Assembly: GCA_009914755.4 (NCBI GenBank)
Contig: CP068257.2
Location: forward strand, 30,944,001-31,008,000
DNA length: 64,000 nt
DNA from: the human T2T-CHM13v2.0 reference genome, Homo sapiens
Reading direction: 5' to 3'
Shown: one piece after another, positions 14,667 through 30,686 of the stretch
How the letters are laid out: every line of letters starts with the position of its first letter
Position numbering within the stretch: the stretch's first letter is position 1
Position numbers and translations under genes: made by a program
The notes under the pieces: model-generated
Told to the model about the DNA's origin: nothing
What the model saw: the letters and a program-made list of their open reading frames with translations, nothing else
The model's database searches: none

Positions 14667-14952
14667 GAGGAGTCTCACTCTATTGCCCAGGCTGGAGTAC
14701 AGCGGCGCTATCTTGGCTCACTGCAAGCTCTGCCTCCCAGGTTAAAGCAATTCTCCTGCCTCAGACTCCTGAGTAGCTGGGACTGACTACAGGCGCCCGC
14801 CACTACGCCCGGCTAATTTTTTGTATTTTTAGTAGAGACGAGGTTTCACCATGTTAAGCAGGATGGTCTCGATCTCCTGACCTCGTGATCTGCCTGCCTC
14901 GGCCTCCCAAAGTGCTGGGATTACAGGCGTGAGCCATTGCGCCCAGCCTCGG
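14639..14952 (-). mobile_element. Alu SINE
   Basis: (T)30 then a reverse-complement Alu. Confidence 0.95.
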
Positions 14953-17787
14953 GCAAGCCTATTAAAAACTTCCTAGTGTGCCTCCTCATTTGCACAAGGA
15001 TGTGTGGTAAAGGGTTAACTCAGCAGGCTTGGGGTGTCCAAACCCTGCACATTCAGAGAAAGGTCTGGCCCTGTCCTTCTTCCCAGAGGATACCCTTTGA
15101 GCCCTTGGATTATCTTGCTTGATAAGAGTGTTTACGTTTACCTGCGGCCTCCAGCCATGGCCAAGAGTTCATGGAGTTCATGTTAACAGTGATTTATGTG
15201 GACCCTAGAGCCACACTACATCAATTTGACCTCTGGGATAGCTGGACTGGGTGACTAGGATTAGCCAGCGGAATGATTCAGGCCTATGTGACCGGCTCCC
15301 AGGAGAAGCCCTGGACCCTAAGGCTCGGGGGCTTCCCTGGCAGGTGGTGTTATGTGCACACTGGCACAGTTGTTGCCGACAGAATTAAGTGCACTGGTGT
15401 CTCCTTCAGGTCAGGACGGCGGGCAGCTCACAGCTGGCCTCTCCTGGACTGTGTCCCAAGCACCTTTTTCCTTTGCTTATTTTAATCTGTGTCCTTTTGC
15501 TATAATAAACAGTAACGTTCTGTGAATCCTTCTAGTGAATCATTGACCCTGAGGGTTGTTGGGGGCGTCAGACACAAAGGGGATAAGGACACCTGCCTTG
15601 ACTGCCTCAGAGGGGTCACAGGGAGCTGAGATCCAGCTGTCACAGTGAGGCCATGCAAGTCTGGGGGTTCTTATGACACAGAATTCTAGTGAGGCAAACA
15701 GTACTTTCAGACTGAATAAAGGAGGGGTGTTATTCACTTCCAGCGTCTGTCATCTGCCGAAAGCTACGTGCCCTCTCCACGGAAGATACAGGGGCAGGAT
15801 CTCCCATCCACAGCAGGCACACAGACTCCCAAAGGCCCTGTGCACAGAGCTCTGGATTAGGAACAGATTCCCCCCCCACCGCCCCCCGCCGCCGGGGAGA
15901 GCCCCACACTGCCTTTTCCTCTCAGGATGCCTGACACCATTTAGGGTGGGATGTGGGAAGCTGGCTTCAGGATCAGACCTGAAGACAAGTAGCTGACCTG
16001 GGGGTTGAGCCAGGGCTCACACCTAGGCCCTTCTCCAGGGGGGTTTACCAAAACCAGCCCCATGTCCTGTAGACCTGACTTTTGTCAACACACACATATA
16101 TCCTCCCCTTATGCACAGGTGTTTATGTAAAAGCAATGTATGTTTATATGCCAAGGTGACTTAAAAATTACAAAGTGCGGTACAAACATGTTATTTACGT
16201 TGTGATGAGGATGACAAGGTTTGGATTTCATGCTGTGTGTAATGATGTCAGTTGGAGTTCTTCTTGGGATAAAGGAGGGCAGGCGGTCAGCACAGTTCCT
16301 GTTCTGTGAATCAAGGACCTTCGTTCAAGCAGTCCTTACTGGACACCTGTGTCCTCATCCTTGCTAATACGCCAACCAGCCACACACACTGCACCACAGA
16401 GTCCCTATGTCATACCAGCCCTGCAGGCACCTGTTTCTTGGCACCAAGTGTCTTTCATGAGTGTGAACCCATCTGATGTTAGTGGCCAGTGGGGAAAATG
16501 CCCATGGGAAGTGGAGTGTCGGGGGAGCCCGAGCCTGTGGCCTGGCCATTCTGCACAGTGAGTTGCGGCCAGTACGTTATGTGCTGATGCAATTCATAGC
16601 TGCTCAGCACGACTCTGCCCAGATTCCGTTTATTATCCTACTAAATAATTATTTTCATTGTCTTCATCTTTTTAATTGCACTACTGATGTCTTTATCTTA
16701 AAATCTGAAGAAGGCTCTCTCCATGGGGCAGACTTTGTCATTTACAAGCTAACTGGTGAGAAATTGAAGGGGAAAGTGCGATCACGTTAAGTGCCTTTGG
16801 AAGACCACAATCGGGATGCACAATCACTCAATTATAACTTGGTGGGAAGGGAAGCAGGGAGGTTTGAGGAGGTGAGAGGCGAGACTCTGGTTCAGAAACC
16901 TGTGCTCAGGCCTGAGTCCCTCTCATTGGCCGGGGGTCTTGCAGAAGACACGGCCTCTCTCTGAGCTCAGTTCCTGTATCTGCAGGGACCATGACCCATC
17001 AGCCAGTTGGTATGAAGAGTAAATGGGGGAACCCATGGGACAGCGTGCAGGAAACTCCAGAACGCTGCATATTTCTCTGCATTTTGTGTGTATGACAAGC
17101 CATGTGGGGGTTGTTATTTCCATCAAGCACTAGATGAAATCCATTCTGCTCGATTCTATCTAGTTGTTGCCTTCCTAGAAACACAGGAATAACCTGCAGC
17201 ACCACCCCCTTCTGTTCTGTGGCATTGGCACAATCAAGGAATCTACTTTTGTGCTTTTACACATTGAACTGACAGGTAAGGTCAGGCATCGACTGTCACA
17301 GGGGCCAGTGGAGAGGTAGGAGGGACGCCCACATTCGATGAATCCTGCATCACGGTGTTGGACTTCTTGTTCCACGGTGTTGGACACTAAACTTGTTCAC
17401 ATTCAATAACTTGAGCACGAATAAAGGCAGCTCATAGTAATAACACCTGATGGGTACAGGCCCTGTGCTCTGCTCTAAACACTGCTCCTGTTACCCCTAC
17501 AAGACATGGGCCCTGCATTTCACAAACATGAATTCTGAAGACCATGAATAACTGTTCTGGCCCAGCTCTATTGGGCCCTAACTCTGTGCCCGGGGTCGGG
17601 ATGCGGGTTGTATTTGGAGCCCGTTGCAGATGCGGATTCGTCTGCTCCACGCAGGGTGCTCTGACGTACTCTGTGTGGCCTGGAGCTCAGAAACCTGTGC
17701 TGGACTCAGTGCCTGCAGACGCTGCCCCTGGGTAGCTGTTTTCCAGGCGTCAGGAGACATGCTCCAGAGGCTCCAGAAGCACAGACG

Positions 17788-18143
<356 letters not shown>

Positions 18144-18437
18144 TTACATCACAAATCAGATTAAGGAAAATAAATGTATAGGGAAAAGAGTTAGCAGGTT
18201 GCTATATAATTAGATTAGTCAAATCGTGTTTCAACAAAAATCAGCAAAAACATTCTGTGAGCATCAATTGGTTATGTGGAGTTCATGATAGAGAGTGCAG
18301 CATATCTTATTACTTGTAAGCTGTATGCTACATATCCTTGATATCAGCAAAATTTATAACAAACTTACATCTGTATTTATATGCACATGTATTTTGGGAA
18401 AGCTATTGTTAAACATTTAAGAGTGTACCACTATCAT

Positions 18438-18763
<326 letters not shown>

Positions 18764-19009
18764 CTACATAAATACATACACTGAAAATGCATAATAACTT
18801 CAGCTGCTCTGATACCAAATGCCAACATCCATGAAAATGTCCTACAAGAGAGGGAGGGAGCTGCATCAATTGCGCTGATGACCCTGGGCCAATTGTCCTA
18901 AGATCTGTTAGGTCTGTGATCTGGGAGGGCCCTGGAGATCCTGAGGCAGCAGGTGAGGCCTGAGGCCTGGGACCCCAAACCCAGCTAAAACTAAAAACTA
19001 AAAACTCTT

Positions 19010-19520
19010 AAGTGTAGAGTTCAGTGATACTCACATTCTTGTGCAACCATCAGCACCATCCATCTCCAGAATGTTTTTATCTTCTCAAACTTAAACTCTA
19101 TACCCATTAAACAGTAACTCTCCATCCTTCCCTGCTGTCCCCAGCCCCTAACAACCATCATTCTGCTTTGTCTCTGGATCTGACTACTCTAGGAACCTCG
19201 TATAAGTGGAATCTTACAGTATTTGTCATTTGGTATCTGGCTTATTTCACTCAGTGTAATGTCATCAAGGTTCATCCCTGTTGGAGCATGTGTCAGGATT
19301 CCCTTCCGTTGTAAGGCTGAATAATATTCCATTGTACGGATACACCACCTCTTGTTGACTCATTCATCCTCTTGTTGACTCATTCATCTGTGGATGGGCA
19401 CTTGGGTTGCCTCCACGTTTGAGTTATTGTGAATCATGCTGCCGTGGACGTGGCTGTACTGCAACTGGTTTTGCATTTATTTGAATAGGTGGATTTCAAA
19501 GGTACAAAAGACCATCCTGT
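19010..19520 (-). mobile_element. L1 (LINE-1) 3'-end fragment, antisense on plus
   Basis: Classic L1 3' antisense text: ...ggatctgactactctagg...tataagtggaatcttacagtatttgtc...ggctgaataatattccattgta. There is an internal 19-bp duplication at 19354-19391. Confidence 0.75.
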
Positions 19521-19645
19521 GAACCGTGACTCCCTCCCAGCCCATCCTCCAGGCCCCCTAGAGTTTTAACCACAAGCAGCCATGGTCACCAGTTTCTTGT
19601 GATCTTTCTAAGAGTATGTGAGCATATGTGCTATGCCATGGTAGA

Positions 19646-19965
<320 letters not shown>

Positions 19966-20289
19966 AACAACAGTGCCCTCGTTCCCATGATCTCACAGTC
20001 CATCCAGGGAGACAGACTTGTAACCGAATGCCATGATTACAACCAGCTCAATGGGAGATGAAGAAGGAGGTGTGTTCGGAAACCTGGGAACTGAGGAGGG
20101 AGTGGGCTCTCAACCTTAACATGGGCTGCGGGAGTTGGGCAAGAATCAGAAACAGATTATGTAGATGATACTGGAACTGTGTGGTTTCCCATTTGCAAAA
20201 AAAAATTAAAATTATATTTTACAATGTTAGTATATTCTGAGCATTTTAAGAAGTAAAGTCCACTTTGATAAAAGGAAGAATGTCTATCT

Positions 20290-20535
20290 TCCTTGTATAT
20301 ATATCTATTCCTATAGAATACCCATTTGTGTCTTAGTTTGTAAGAGCTGCCATAACGAAATACCATGGACTGGGTGGCTTAAACAACAGACATTGATTTT
20401 CTTACAGTTCTGGAGGCCGGAGGTCCAATATCACAGCATTGGCAGGGCTGGTTCTTCCCAAGGCCCCACTACTTGTGTTGCAGATGGCGGCCTTCTCCCT
20501 GTCCCTTTCCTCTGTGTACATAGATCCCTGGTGTC
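20290..20535 (+). repeat. Ancient interspersed repeat fragment (class not resolved)
   Basis: ctgccataacgaaataccatggactgggtggcttaaacaacagacattgattttcttacagttctggaggccggaggtccaa is a very common human dispersed-repeat motif. Confidence 0.4.
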
Positions 20536-20539
20536 TCTT

Positions 20540-20826
20540 CTTCTTCTTTTTTTTTTCTTTTTTTTTTTTTTGTTGAGATGGAGTCTCGCTGTGTCACCCA
20601 GGAGAGCAATGGCATGATCTCGGCTTACCACAACCTCTGCTTCCTGGGTTCAAGCAATTCTCCTGCCTCAGCCTCCCGAGTAGCTGAGATTACAGGCACA
20701 CACCACCATGCACAGCTAACTTTTATATTTTCAGTAGAGACCATGCACCATGTTGGCCAGGCTGGTCTCGAACTCCTGGCCTCAGGTGATCCACTCGCCT
20801 TGGCCTCCCAAAGTGCTGGGATTACA
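20540..20826 (-). mobile_element. Alu SINE
   Basis: Reverse-complement Alu. Confidence 0.95.
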
Positions 20827-22996
20827 GTCTCCTCACCTTGGGCAATTTAATCCCTCTGGACTTTGGTTTCCTAACTCGTGAGATGACAATAGTAGTTTCT
20901 TTCTAATTTGGCTGTTTTTAGGTATAAACGAAAAGAATATATAGGTAAAGTGCTTAGTACAACCGTCTGGGAAATAGCAAAGTCCCCATAATGCCAGCTG
21001 CCGTTACTGTTATGTCTAGTATCGAACTTCTCCTGGAAATCAGCCACCTCTCTCCTTGAGCCCTGTCCAGGGCCAGTGGGTTTTTGGTAGTGTAGAGGGG
21101 CAACTCCTATCTTGCAAGGAACGGCAAGAGGTCGGGGCAAGCAGCTCTCTCTGGTCACTTCTTCAAGGGGGTGGTTGCTGAGGCTTTGGAAGGGAATTTA
21201 GTGAGCTCAGACCCTCTCAAGGCTACTGTGCTCCAAGTATGTGGCAGTTCATTTCAAGCTTGATGGCACACTCTTTGCAGAGCAGTTGCCAAGGAACGAG
21301 GTAATCTTGTGACAGAAATACTGCCTGATGCTGTCAGTTTGATGGTCGAAAAGGTTTTAGGTGGTATCAAATTTTATTACTAGCATTCCTGGTCTCCATG
21401 AAAGAACCACATAAGAAGACAAGTTATGTCAAAGGACAAAACCACAGACCTAGATGGGCACCGTGCATACAGCAGACACTTGGTTTCCTTTTGATATTGA
21501 CTCAAACAGGGACTGGATTAAAAAAAGAAGAAAATAACAACAAGACCACAGACTTAAGCTGATCAGTGGTCTAACACTGGCAAGATTACTTTTGTTGATA
21601 AATTGATTTCTTGGGAAATCCTGGGAAAGTTCCTGGACGTGACCCTGTGGTCCTACCACCACTAGCTACCTGTGACCTTGGGTGAGTCAGCAAGTGGATG
21701 CAAAGGGAACACACACAGCACGGTGCCACAGCGGGCACCACCTGCCCCCCGCCGTCACAGATGGCTTGCAAATAAGCTACTCACGTACTTCCTGAGATCT
21801 GCTGCACCCAAACACACCAAGCTCAGAGAGGCTTTTGAGGCAGACAAGGGCAGGGAGAGAGGATGGTTCTTCTCGCATGGGTATTTAAGGAGTGTAGTGT
21901 CATGCGTGAGTGACTTTTTGGTTAGTAAGTTCTGCTGATTACATGAAGCAATGGGATAACTATCACGGCCAAAAGAGTATTCCTACTGCAGGCTCAGTAA
22001 GACTTTCTAATGATATTGAAGTAGTAGTTCCCTGAAAAGAGCTACTATGATCACATGGCTTGGTTAACTGTTTCTTACAAGTCTGAGCATGAATTTAACA
22101 CACACGAACTATACACTGACAAAGACAGGATGCTCCTGAAATAAAATCACAGCATCTTATTGCATATACTACATCATCCAAGGTCAAAACCCTTTCATAG
22201 AGACATTTAAAACTATAACCAAGTAAAAGAGAAAATAGATGCAAATTTGCTTTTACAAAATTTGAAAATCAACCAAAAGAGTAAGGCACAAGATGCAGTC
22301 AGCTACAAAGCACTTCAGAGAACAGCGCTTTGCTCTCAGGTCTGGGACCCACCCCCTGGGCAAGGCCGCCTGGCAGCAGGCAGGAACCAAACCCCTGCCA
22401 CCTCCACTCACTCCCAGGGTTCCTCTTTGCAGGATGGTGGGGAGCGCAGGCACCAAGGCAGGAAGGCCAGGGCAGGAAGATGCCCCGCGTCCTTCACTTT
22501 CCCTCAGTGTGAGCACACCAAGTTCCCTCTAACCAGGAGAACAGGACCCTAGGCACCAAAAGTCAAGCATGAGGGACTGCCACAGGCAGTCTGGCAGGTG
22601 TCTTTCAGATGCTAAAGTGCCAGGGTTTGCAGGATACTTGGATGGTTTACAGTGATGATGAGTTGGAGTCTTTAAACTCAATGGTGTCCTAGATACTCAG
22701 TTAGGATGATAGTGATCCCATCCATCCCGTGGTTGGTCACTGAGCTGCGTACGAAGCTGGCCTAGAATCAGACCCCGCATCCATAGGGAGAAATCATCAC
22801 CCTCTACCGGGATCTGGATTTGTTTTCAGGATCTATTCTCATGAAGGAGACTTGAGAAGCTGAGAAACTCCAGAAGAATTTAAGTTTCAAAGTCAGATGA
22901 GTTTGCTACTCAACCTTCATCATGGTTGTAGCTTTCGCTCCCAGAATACAAGGCCAGAGAGGCACCAACCAGGAGGCAAACTTCACCTTCAAGGCC

Positions 22997-23106
22997 AGGC
23001 AACGCCTGGCTACAGTTAGACCCCGCAGCAGGGTTAAAGAAGGCTACAGTTAGACCCCGCAGCAGGGTTAAAGAAGGCTACAGTTAGACCCCGCAGCAAG
23101 GTTAGA
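22997..23106 (+). repeat. Minisatellite, 34-bp unit x3 (gctacagttagaccccgcagcagggttaaagaag)
   Basis: Three near-identical tandem copies. Confidence 0.85.
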
Positions 23107-23289
23107 GAAGTCTCTCCAGCAAGGCTGGGAGTTCAGCTTCCAATAGATCTAGAGGGCCAGGAGAAAAAGCATGCTGAGTGCCTGGCGGCATCTAGTGGTC
23201 ACTAGTGGTCACTGCCAGTCATCAGCTTTCCTCCAATAAACCAGTTATCATGAGAATATAAAACAATCAGGAAGAAAAAAAAGTGTAGC

Positions 23290-23597
<308 letters not shown>

Positions 23598-23659
23598 AAA
23601 AGTTTAGTATTTTATCAAAGAAAACCATGACATACTAAATAGTCCTGAAACAAAAACGA

Positions 23660-23863
23660 TTTACACATTTTCTTCTGACTAGGTATTTATTAAGTTCTAA
23701 AACCTTGAATAACTGCTATTTTAAAAATTCACACTAAAAGAAAACTAGAAATGTTAACATCTTTTACAGAGGGCAGTAAGTGGCCTTTTTTTTTTTTTTA
23801 AATTATAATTGCCTAGGAGAAAGGTGAGCTAATCTCTTTGGAAGTGTCATCAGCTGGTGAACT
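23660..23863 (-). other. CFAP298: CFAP298 3' UTR (approximate), poly(A) signal AATAAA on minus at 23691-23686
   Basis: Stop codon TGA at 23866-23864. First AATAAA downstream on the minus strand (plus-strand tttatt at 23686-23691). The cleavage site is inferred, not seen. Confidence 0.45.
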
Positions 23864-23974
23864 TCATCTTGGTCTCCACTTTATGTCTTTCACTCCATGA
23901 AAATGTCTTTTCAAAGCAGTGTTATCCGCCCATGGTGAGTTTAAATAGGCATCATCATCATTTTCTTCCAATCT
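23864..23974 (-). CDS. CFAP298: CFAP298 exon 7 coding part (RLEENDDDAYLNSPWADNTALKRHFHGVKDIKWRPR*)
   Basis: Acceptor tttccag| (AG = plus 23976-23975). 36 codons plus TGA stop. Matches the CFAP298 C-terminus. Confidence 0.85.
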   Translation of the reverse strand, partial: RLEENDDDAYLNSPWADNTALKRHFHGVKDIKWRPR

Positions 23975-24272
23975 CTGGAAATAAGTATGTTTTATTCAGG
24001 CAGGCATTTCAGGAAAGTGTTTTGCACATAAAGAGACTGAAGAAAGAGTCCATGACTGACCTCCCCCTCTCCCTGCCCTCTAGGAGCAGGATACTGCCAT
24101 GTCTAACACCAGGGGACACCTGGCAGGACCCCGACAGACCTGCAGACAGAAGCTCTAGAAAGACCCCTCCCCGGCATTCTGCAGAGCTCACTGCTCCCCA
24201 GCAGCCCCAGGTAAGGCACACAGGCTATGTGTGGGCGCCAGCACTGCAGAAAGCCCATCTGTCCCCTGCTAC

Positions 24273-24368
24273 CTTGAGCTCCTCTTGTCTTCTGTGATAG
24301 TACAGCATCAGCTGCTTCTGCTCCTCACTGCTAATAATAGGCTCTCGGGCTGGAGCTCCCTGTCCCCT
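24273..24368 (-). CDS. CFAP298: CFAP298 exon 6 (RGQGAPAREPIISSEEQKQLMLYYHRRQEELK)
   Basis: Acceptor ctttgcag| and donor |gtagca. 96 nt, phase 0 to 0. Confidence 0.85.
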
Positions 24369-25161
24369 CTGCAAAGAGGAGAGCAGAGCAAATTGTGGAT
24401 TAAGGTGTTCTTAGAGTGACAATCCTGAAGTTACAACAAATGTTTTACGATTGCCTTTGCCGGCTACTAAAGATAAACAGGTCCCCCATGTCTGATCACC
24501 CGAAGTGAAGCATCAAGGGAAGCCTTGGTCTTGAGCAGCCCTGAGCCCTGGACTCTCACTGTGTGGAGACCAGAGGCTGCACGATACCATCTCTGTCTTG
24601 ACCATTCCCAAGGCAGACACTGCAGGCAGGTCCAGTGGGAAAGGGAGGATGCTCAGAGCCACGGACTCTGGATCTACATAAGGTGGAGGGCCCCATTTCC
24701 CCAAAATCACAGCCTAGTGACGTAGGAGCACCCACAAAACCAAGGCGGCCCCTCAGGTTACAGCGCTACACGATGTCCTTCAAAGGTCTCGAACCTTTCC
24801 TCCTCCCCCTCCTGTACACAGCATCAGCAGTTTGAAAAAGCCTGAAATCAGTGACGGGCGAAATTTTACATTTCAAGGAACATATCTGTTTACTTGCAGC
24901 CCTATTTTTACGCTTGAAATTAACATAGTATATTTCCTCTCCCCCACATATTAAAACAAACTCTAGATATTGGTACTCAATCCATATTTTCTTCCAGTTT
25001 TTGTTGGTGTGCAGGAAGAGGATATTTTTAGTTTAAACCCGAGCCAATAAGATTAAAATATTTGTACCAGTAGTTTAAATCTTTCGGATTCACTGTACAT
25101 TTTTATCAGTTTGAAGGGAAATAACAAAAACTACTGACACATTAAAGCAAAAAGTACTTAC

Positions 25162-25293
25162 TTGCTGAATCTTGGCGATAATTTTGGTTTTTTCATTCTT
25201 CCCCACGTAGTCTGAAAGCTTCTTCGTTCTTCTCAGCTCCTTGGCTGCCCACCACAGCTGCGCCTCTGCCTCTTTAATGACGTTGAGCCCTGC
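25162..25293 (-). CDS. CFAP298: CFAP298 exon 5 (AGLNVIKEAEAQLWWAAKELRRTKKLSDYVGKNEKTKIIAKIQQ)
   Basis: Acceptor ccccag| and donor |gtaagtac. 132 nt, phase 0 to 0. Confidence 0.85.
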
Positions 25294-26125
25294 CTGGGGC
25301 CAGTCGTAAGAATGGCTTGACTGTGTGTTCCCACCCAGGGGGCAGAGCCCAGCTGAGCCCCTCCCAGCAGGGGGCAGGGGACAGATTTCTCCCCGTGCTC
25401 ACCATGGGAGGCCTGACTCCCGCACCTCACTCTAAGTCCTTGCTGACTTTAGTACCTTCCCTGTTAAGTTTCCACTCATGCCCTGACTCAGTTAACTTCC
25501 TCCTCTGGACAACAGGGAGATCCTATCTCATTTGCACCTTGATCCATATAGTTCGTCTTAGACAGATCTGTAGGCCACTGCCAGGGAAGGGCACTGGCAT
25601 CGTGCTGGGTGTTTAAATCGAGGTATAAAGGGGCTGCCTGTTTACTTCTGCATATTTCATTTATTTAACATGGCTTAGACAAAGAATATTGTCCAATAGG
25701 ATAAGAAGTGAGAAAACCCAAGGAAAATGGAACATGAGGGTCAGAAAATAACATGAAGCAACAGGTAAGACTAGAAACACAAATTTCCATGCAAAGGGAC
25801 TGACGCATTTGGGTAGAAATAGGAAGAAATTAGGTAGCTGGCTTCCTAGCAGCCAAAGACAGTGGAAATGTTTGCAGTCACTCCTGATGAGCGGCCTCAC
25901 AAACTGCGTCCACTGCCTCCTGTGTGTGGGGCCAAACCCCTCACTCATGAGTACCCACTCTCAGGGGCTGCTCCTGAATTCAGAACTCTGCTCTGAAGCA
26001 GGGCATAGCAAACCTGAAAGCTGTGTAGGGAGCAAAACACTACATCCAGAAGAGGGGCATCAAATCTTAAGGGCTTTGGGGGCCAGGAACTCAACCTCCA
26101 GAGTACCCACTCACAAACTACGTAC

Positions 26126-26284
26126 CTGTGTTCCCGACAAGTCTTCCTTATTTTCAAACTCCATGCGGATGGGATCATACGGTGGCAACCCCATGGGGTA
26201 AACAATCATCACCGCGCCTCGAAGCTGGTCCAAGGCATCTTTCACCATCTCCATGGTAACACAGACACCGGCTTCCACTTGTTT
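26126..26284 (-). CDS. CFAP298: CFAP298 exon 4 (KQVEAGVCVTMEMVKDALDQLRGAVMIVYPMGLPPYDPIRMEFENKEDLSGTQ)
   Basis: Acceptor ttgcag| and donor |gtacgt. 159 nt, phase 0 to 0. Corresponds to the ORF-track minus ORF 26111..26302. Confidence 0.9.
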
Positions 26285-26892
26285 CTGCAAGCAGAAAGCC
26301 ATCGTTATCTACAGTGTGGCTAATCACTTCCATAAATTCGATCAAGATCTTGTACAAGACCCTTGCCAGATACTGCCAGAGCAACAAAAAGAAATCAAAC
26401 AGTTCTTGCTCCCAGAGTGACTACCATCTATTTCAGGGGCTGAGCGAAGCACACCGTGGCCTGTATTATAAAGCAGACGGTGAGCAGCACTGAGCATGGA
26501 GTACAATGAAGTGCAAAGAATTCTCAAAGGAGAAAGAGCCCAATGCTGGCAGCACAGATGGCAGTGAGGATCGGGAGATACGGCAGGGGGAGCAGGCACC
26601 GCAGGTGGGCCTCGAAATGCAGATGGGCTGAAAAGGTACAGATGGCAGCAGGTGCTTCAGGACAAGCTGAAACAAAGAAAAGCAGGCGCCAGCCCCCTCA
26701 GCATGGGGCAGGAAGGAGAGAAGATGAGGCCAGCTCTAGCTGGATCAGCTGAAGTTTGTTTTTGAATGGCCACAAAAGCCAGGCTGAAGAGTTCACCTTT
26801 CCTCTGTTAGGCCACGGGAAGCGACTGCCTTTTCTGGGAAGGAGTGGTAATGTTGAGAGATTTATCTTGTAGCTGATATAGAACAGACCTAG

Positions 26893-27344
<452 letters not shown>

Positions 27345-29293
27345 TTATAACGAGCCCCTTCTCACCATACCTGAGCTTGTGCTAATACAGTAACCTGTAG
27401 TCCGCGCTGGGTTTCAAGGAAGGGGCTGGCCGTGCCTGGGAGACCAAGCACATAATTAGAGGGTTGGAGCTTTCGGCCTCACTCCCTTCCTCCACCTCCA
27501 GGCGCTAGAGGTTGGGATCAAACACGTGGCCAGTGGTTTAAGCCATCATGCCTACTGAACAAAAACGCTATAAAAATCCCAGACATCATGGCTCAGTGAA
27601 GCTTCCTGATTGGTGAAGACGTTGATGTGCCGGGTGACACACATCAGTGGGGGCGTTGTGGGAAGCTCCAAATTTGTAGTCAAGCTGGACACAAGTATGG
27701 GTGGCCTGGGGACCTCACGTGCAGCTGGTGTCTGAAATAAGAGGAGTCTTGTTGGTGATCTCACCCTTTAACTTTTAGGTCTGATGCTAACTCCAGGCAG
27801 TTAGTGTCAGAATTGAAGGATCTGCCCTTGACCTGTGGGGTCTGTGCTGTCTCTGAGTAGTTAGTGTCAGAACGGAATTGAATTGACTGGCAGGACCCCC
27901 AGTGGGCATCAGAATGCAAAAGGCTACAGGAGAGCCTTAAAGAAAGCCACAGCTGTGGAAGTGAAAGGAAGAGGTGGACTTAAGAGGCATCATGGGAGCA
28001 GACGGTACAGAACCCCACTTCAAACCTAGAGGTGACAGAAGGGAGAAGTGTTGAAGATGACACTGAGGATTTGCCCTATAAAACCAAGACACTGTGGTTC
28101 TGTTACTGGAAACAGAGAAGCTCATAGGAGGTGCTGATTCTCAGGGACAGAACAGAGAGGGAGAGGAGTGAGGAAGCAAAGAGCTCATTTCTAGAAAACT
28201 GGACTTCAAAGTGCTGACTGGGTGTTCAGATAGAACCATCTCACAACCAGCTGGAAATTCAGGTTGGAAGTGAAGCAAGATGTCAGGGGGAAAGGATGGA
28301 AGCTTCAGAGTTATCTGCAGAGGGTGGAATTTGCATTTGGCAGAGTAGATAAGATACTGAGAGAGGAAGAAGACCAAGGATAAAAAGTACTTTCAGAAGT
28401 ACACAGGCAAAGGGGAGAAGTGAGGCGACCGAGAGAGGAGTTCCACAGCAAAGTGTGGGGAGAAGGGTGCAGAACAACAGCCAGACCACTGTTTTCTTGC
28501 CATGGCCTGAGACGTGCTCACATGCCTAGATGCCATCACCACGCAAACGACGGGCTCAACCAGGGCCTCTCCTGTAGAGCTTCATAAAGCCTTTCCTATA
28601 TTAACAGGCACAGAGCTTCAGGGCAGCCTTTGCTGAGGCTCTTCAAAGATTAGTCAAAAGCTTGGTAAGTTTGAGAAATATTGGTTTAAAAATAACAGTT
28701 CTGCTGAGCAAACCAGGAGAAGCAGAAGAAAAAGTGGTGATCAGTCAAGAGACTTGCAGTTGAGAGCGGTAGCAACTAATATCACCAACACACAAATACA
28801 AGCAACAGATACAGATACCACTTCTTTCAATAGCCTTAAATTCTCTTCCTCCAGATACACATTATCTGTATATCAATGGTATAAATTTACGCTCCTCCCT
28901 CTATAAACTAGCCTTTGTATAAAATGCTGAAGACAATTACAAAAAACCATTTATATCAAATACATATTAAGTCAATCAAGTGTCTGGAGAGCTACTCGAT
29001 GGCCACAATATTCAAATCTCCCCTACTTAACTTTGTTAAGTTCTTCAAAAAGGTAAAAGAAATGAAATCAACATTTGTATTATACATATTTGTATTATAC
29101 GTGAACCTATATTTACATAAGCCAACAAAAATTTGTGTCTGCCTGGAGGAACGGAGAGGCCTCTGGGCAACCGTCAGGATTATGAAAGGAAAAGCTACAG
29201 CCTACCCCAAATACGCTTGTTTCCTTTGCCTCCGGAAGGCTGAAAGAGAAGGCTGGCTGAGAGGCAACTCTGGAAGCCAGAGTTGGAGTTTTA

Positions 29294-29631
<338 letters not shown>

Positions 29632-29649
29632 TCATTTAAAAAAGCCAAC

Positions 29650-29717
29650 CTTAGATATTATTGCTTTGGCTTCTTCTATAGTCTTCTTTAACACTTGCTT
29701 CATCTTCTCATTTGGAG
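29650..29717 (-). CDS. CFAP298: CFAP298 exon 3 ([23 protein letters not shown])
   Basis: Acceptor ttttatag| and donor AAG|gttggc. 68 nt, starts in phase 1 and ends in phase 0. Confidence 0.8.
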
Positions 29718-30341
29718 CTATAAAAATAAAAAGGAGAGAGGGAGAAAGAGCTGTCAAATACAAAGCCTCTTCTGAAATACCTCAATCCCCTCTGTCTGAG
29801 TCAGGGGGTAAATGAACTGAGAGAGAGTGCGAGTGTGGAATTTAGGGAAGAGAAGCAAGAAACCTGGCTGCCGGAAGTTAGGTGAAGACCTCTTCCCAAC
29901 AGCAGAGACCTGGAGTGTGCTTTACGCAAAGTGGCAAAGGCTACAAAAAACAGAAATGCATGTCGTTGGGTAAACAGGGCCGGTGAACTTTTTCTGGAAA
30001 GGGCCAGAGAGTAAAATTTGAGGCTTTGCAGGCCACACAGTCTTGTTGGGTGGGATAACTCAGCTCTGCCACGTAGCACAAGAGCAGACAATACTTAAAT
30101 AACTGGGGTAGCTGCGTCTCCTTACAATTTTATTTACAATAGGCAGCTGGCTAAATTTGACCTGTAGCCCATAATTTGGTGACCCCTAGATCAGGAAAAA
30201 ATAATAACTTGAAAGCTTAGAAGCCAAAAAAAAAAAAAAAAAGAAGAAGAAGATGGAATGCCCAAACCTAGGGAAAATGGGGCAAGTTGAAACCATACAT
30301 TCCTAGTAAATAACAGTATTAATTAGACATTGAAAATATTA

Positions 30342-30686
<345 letters not shown>

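Noticed and set aside
15830-15900. C-rich tract ccccccaccgccccccgccgccgggg considered as a G-quadruplex or promoter element
   Set aside because: It is a short isolated tract without a surrounding CpG island or gene evidence. Noted only as a low-complexity region.
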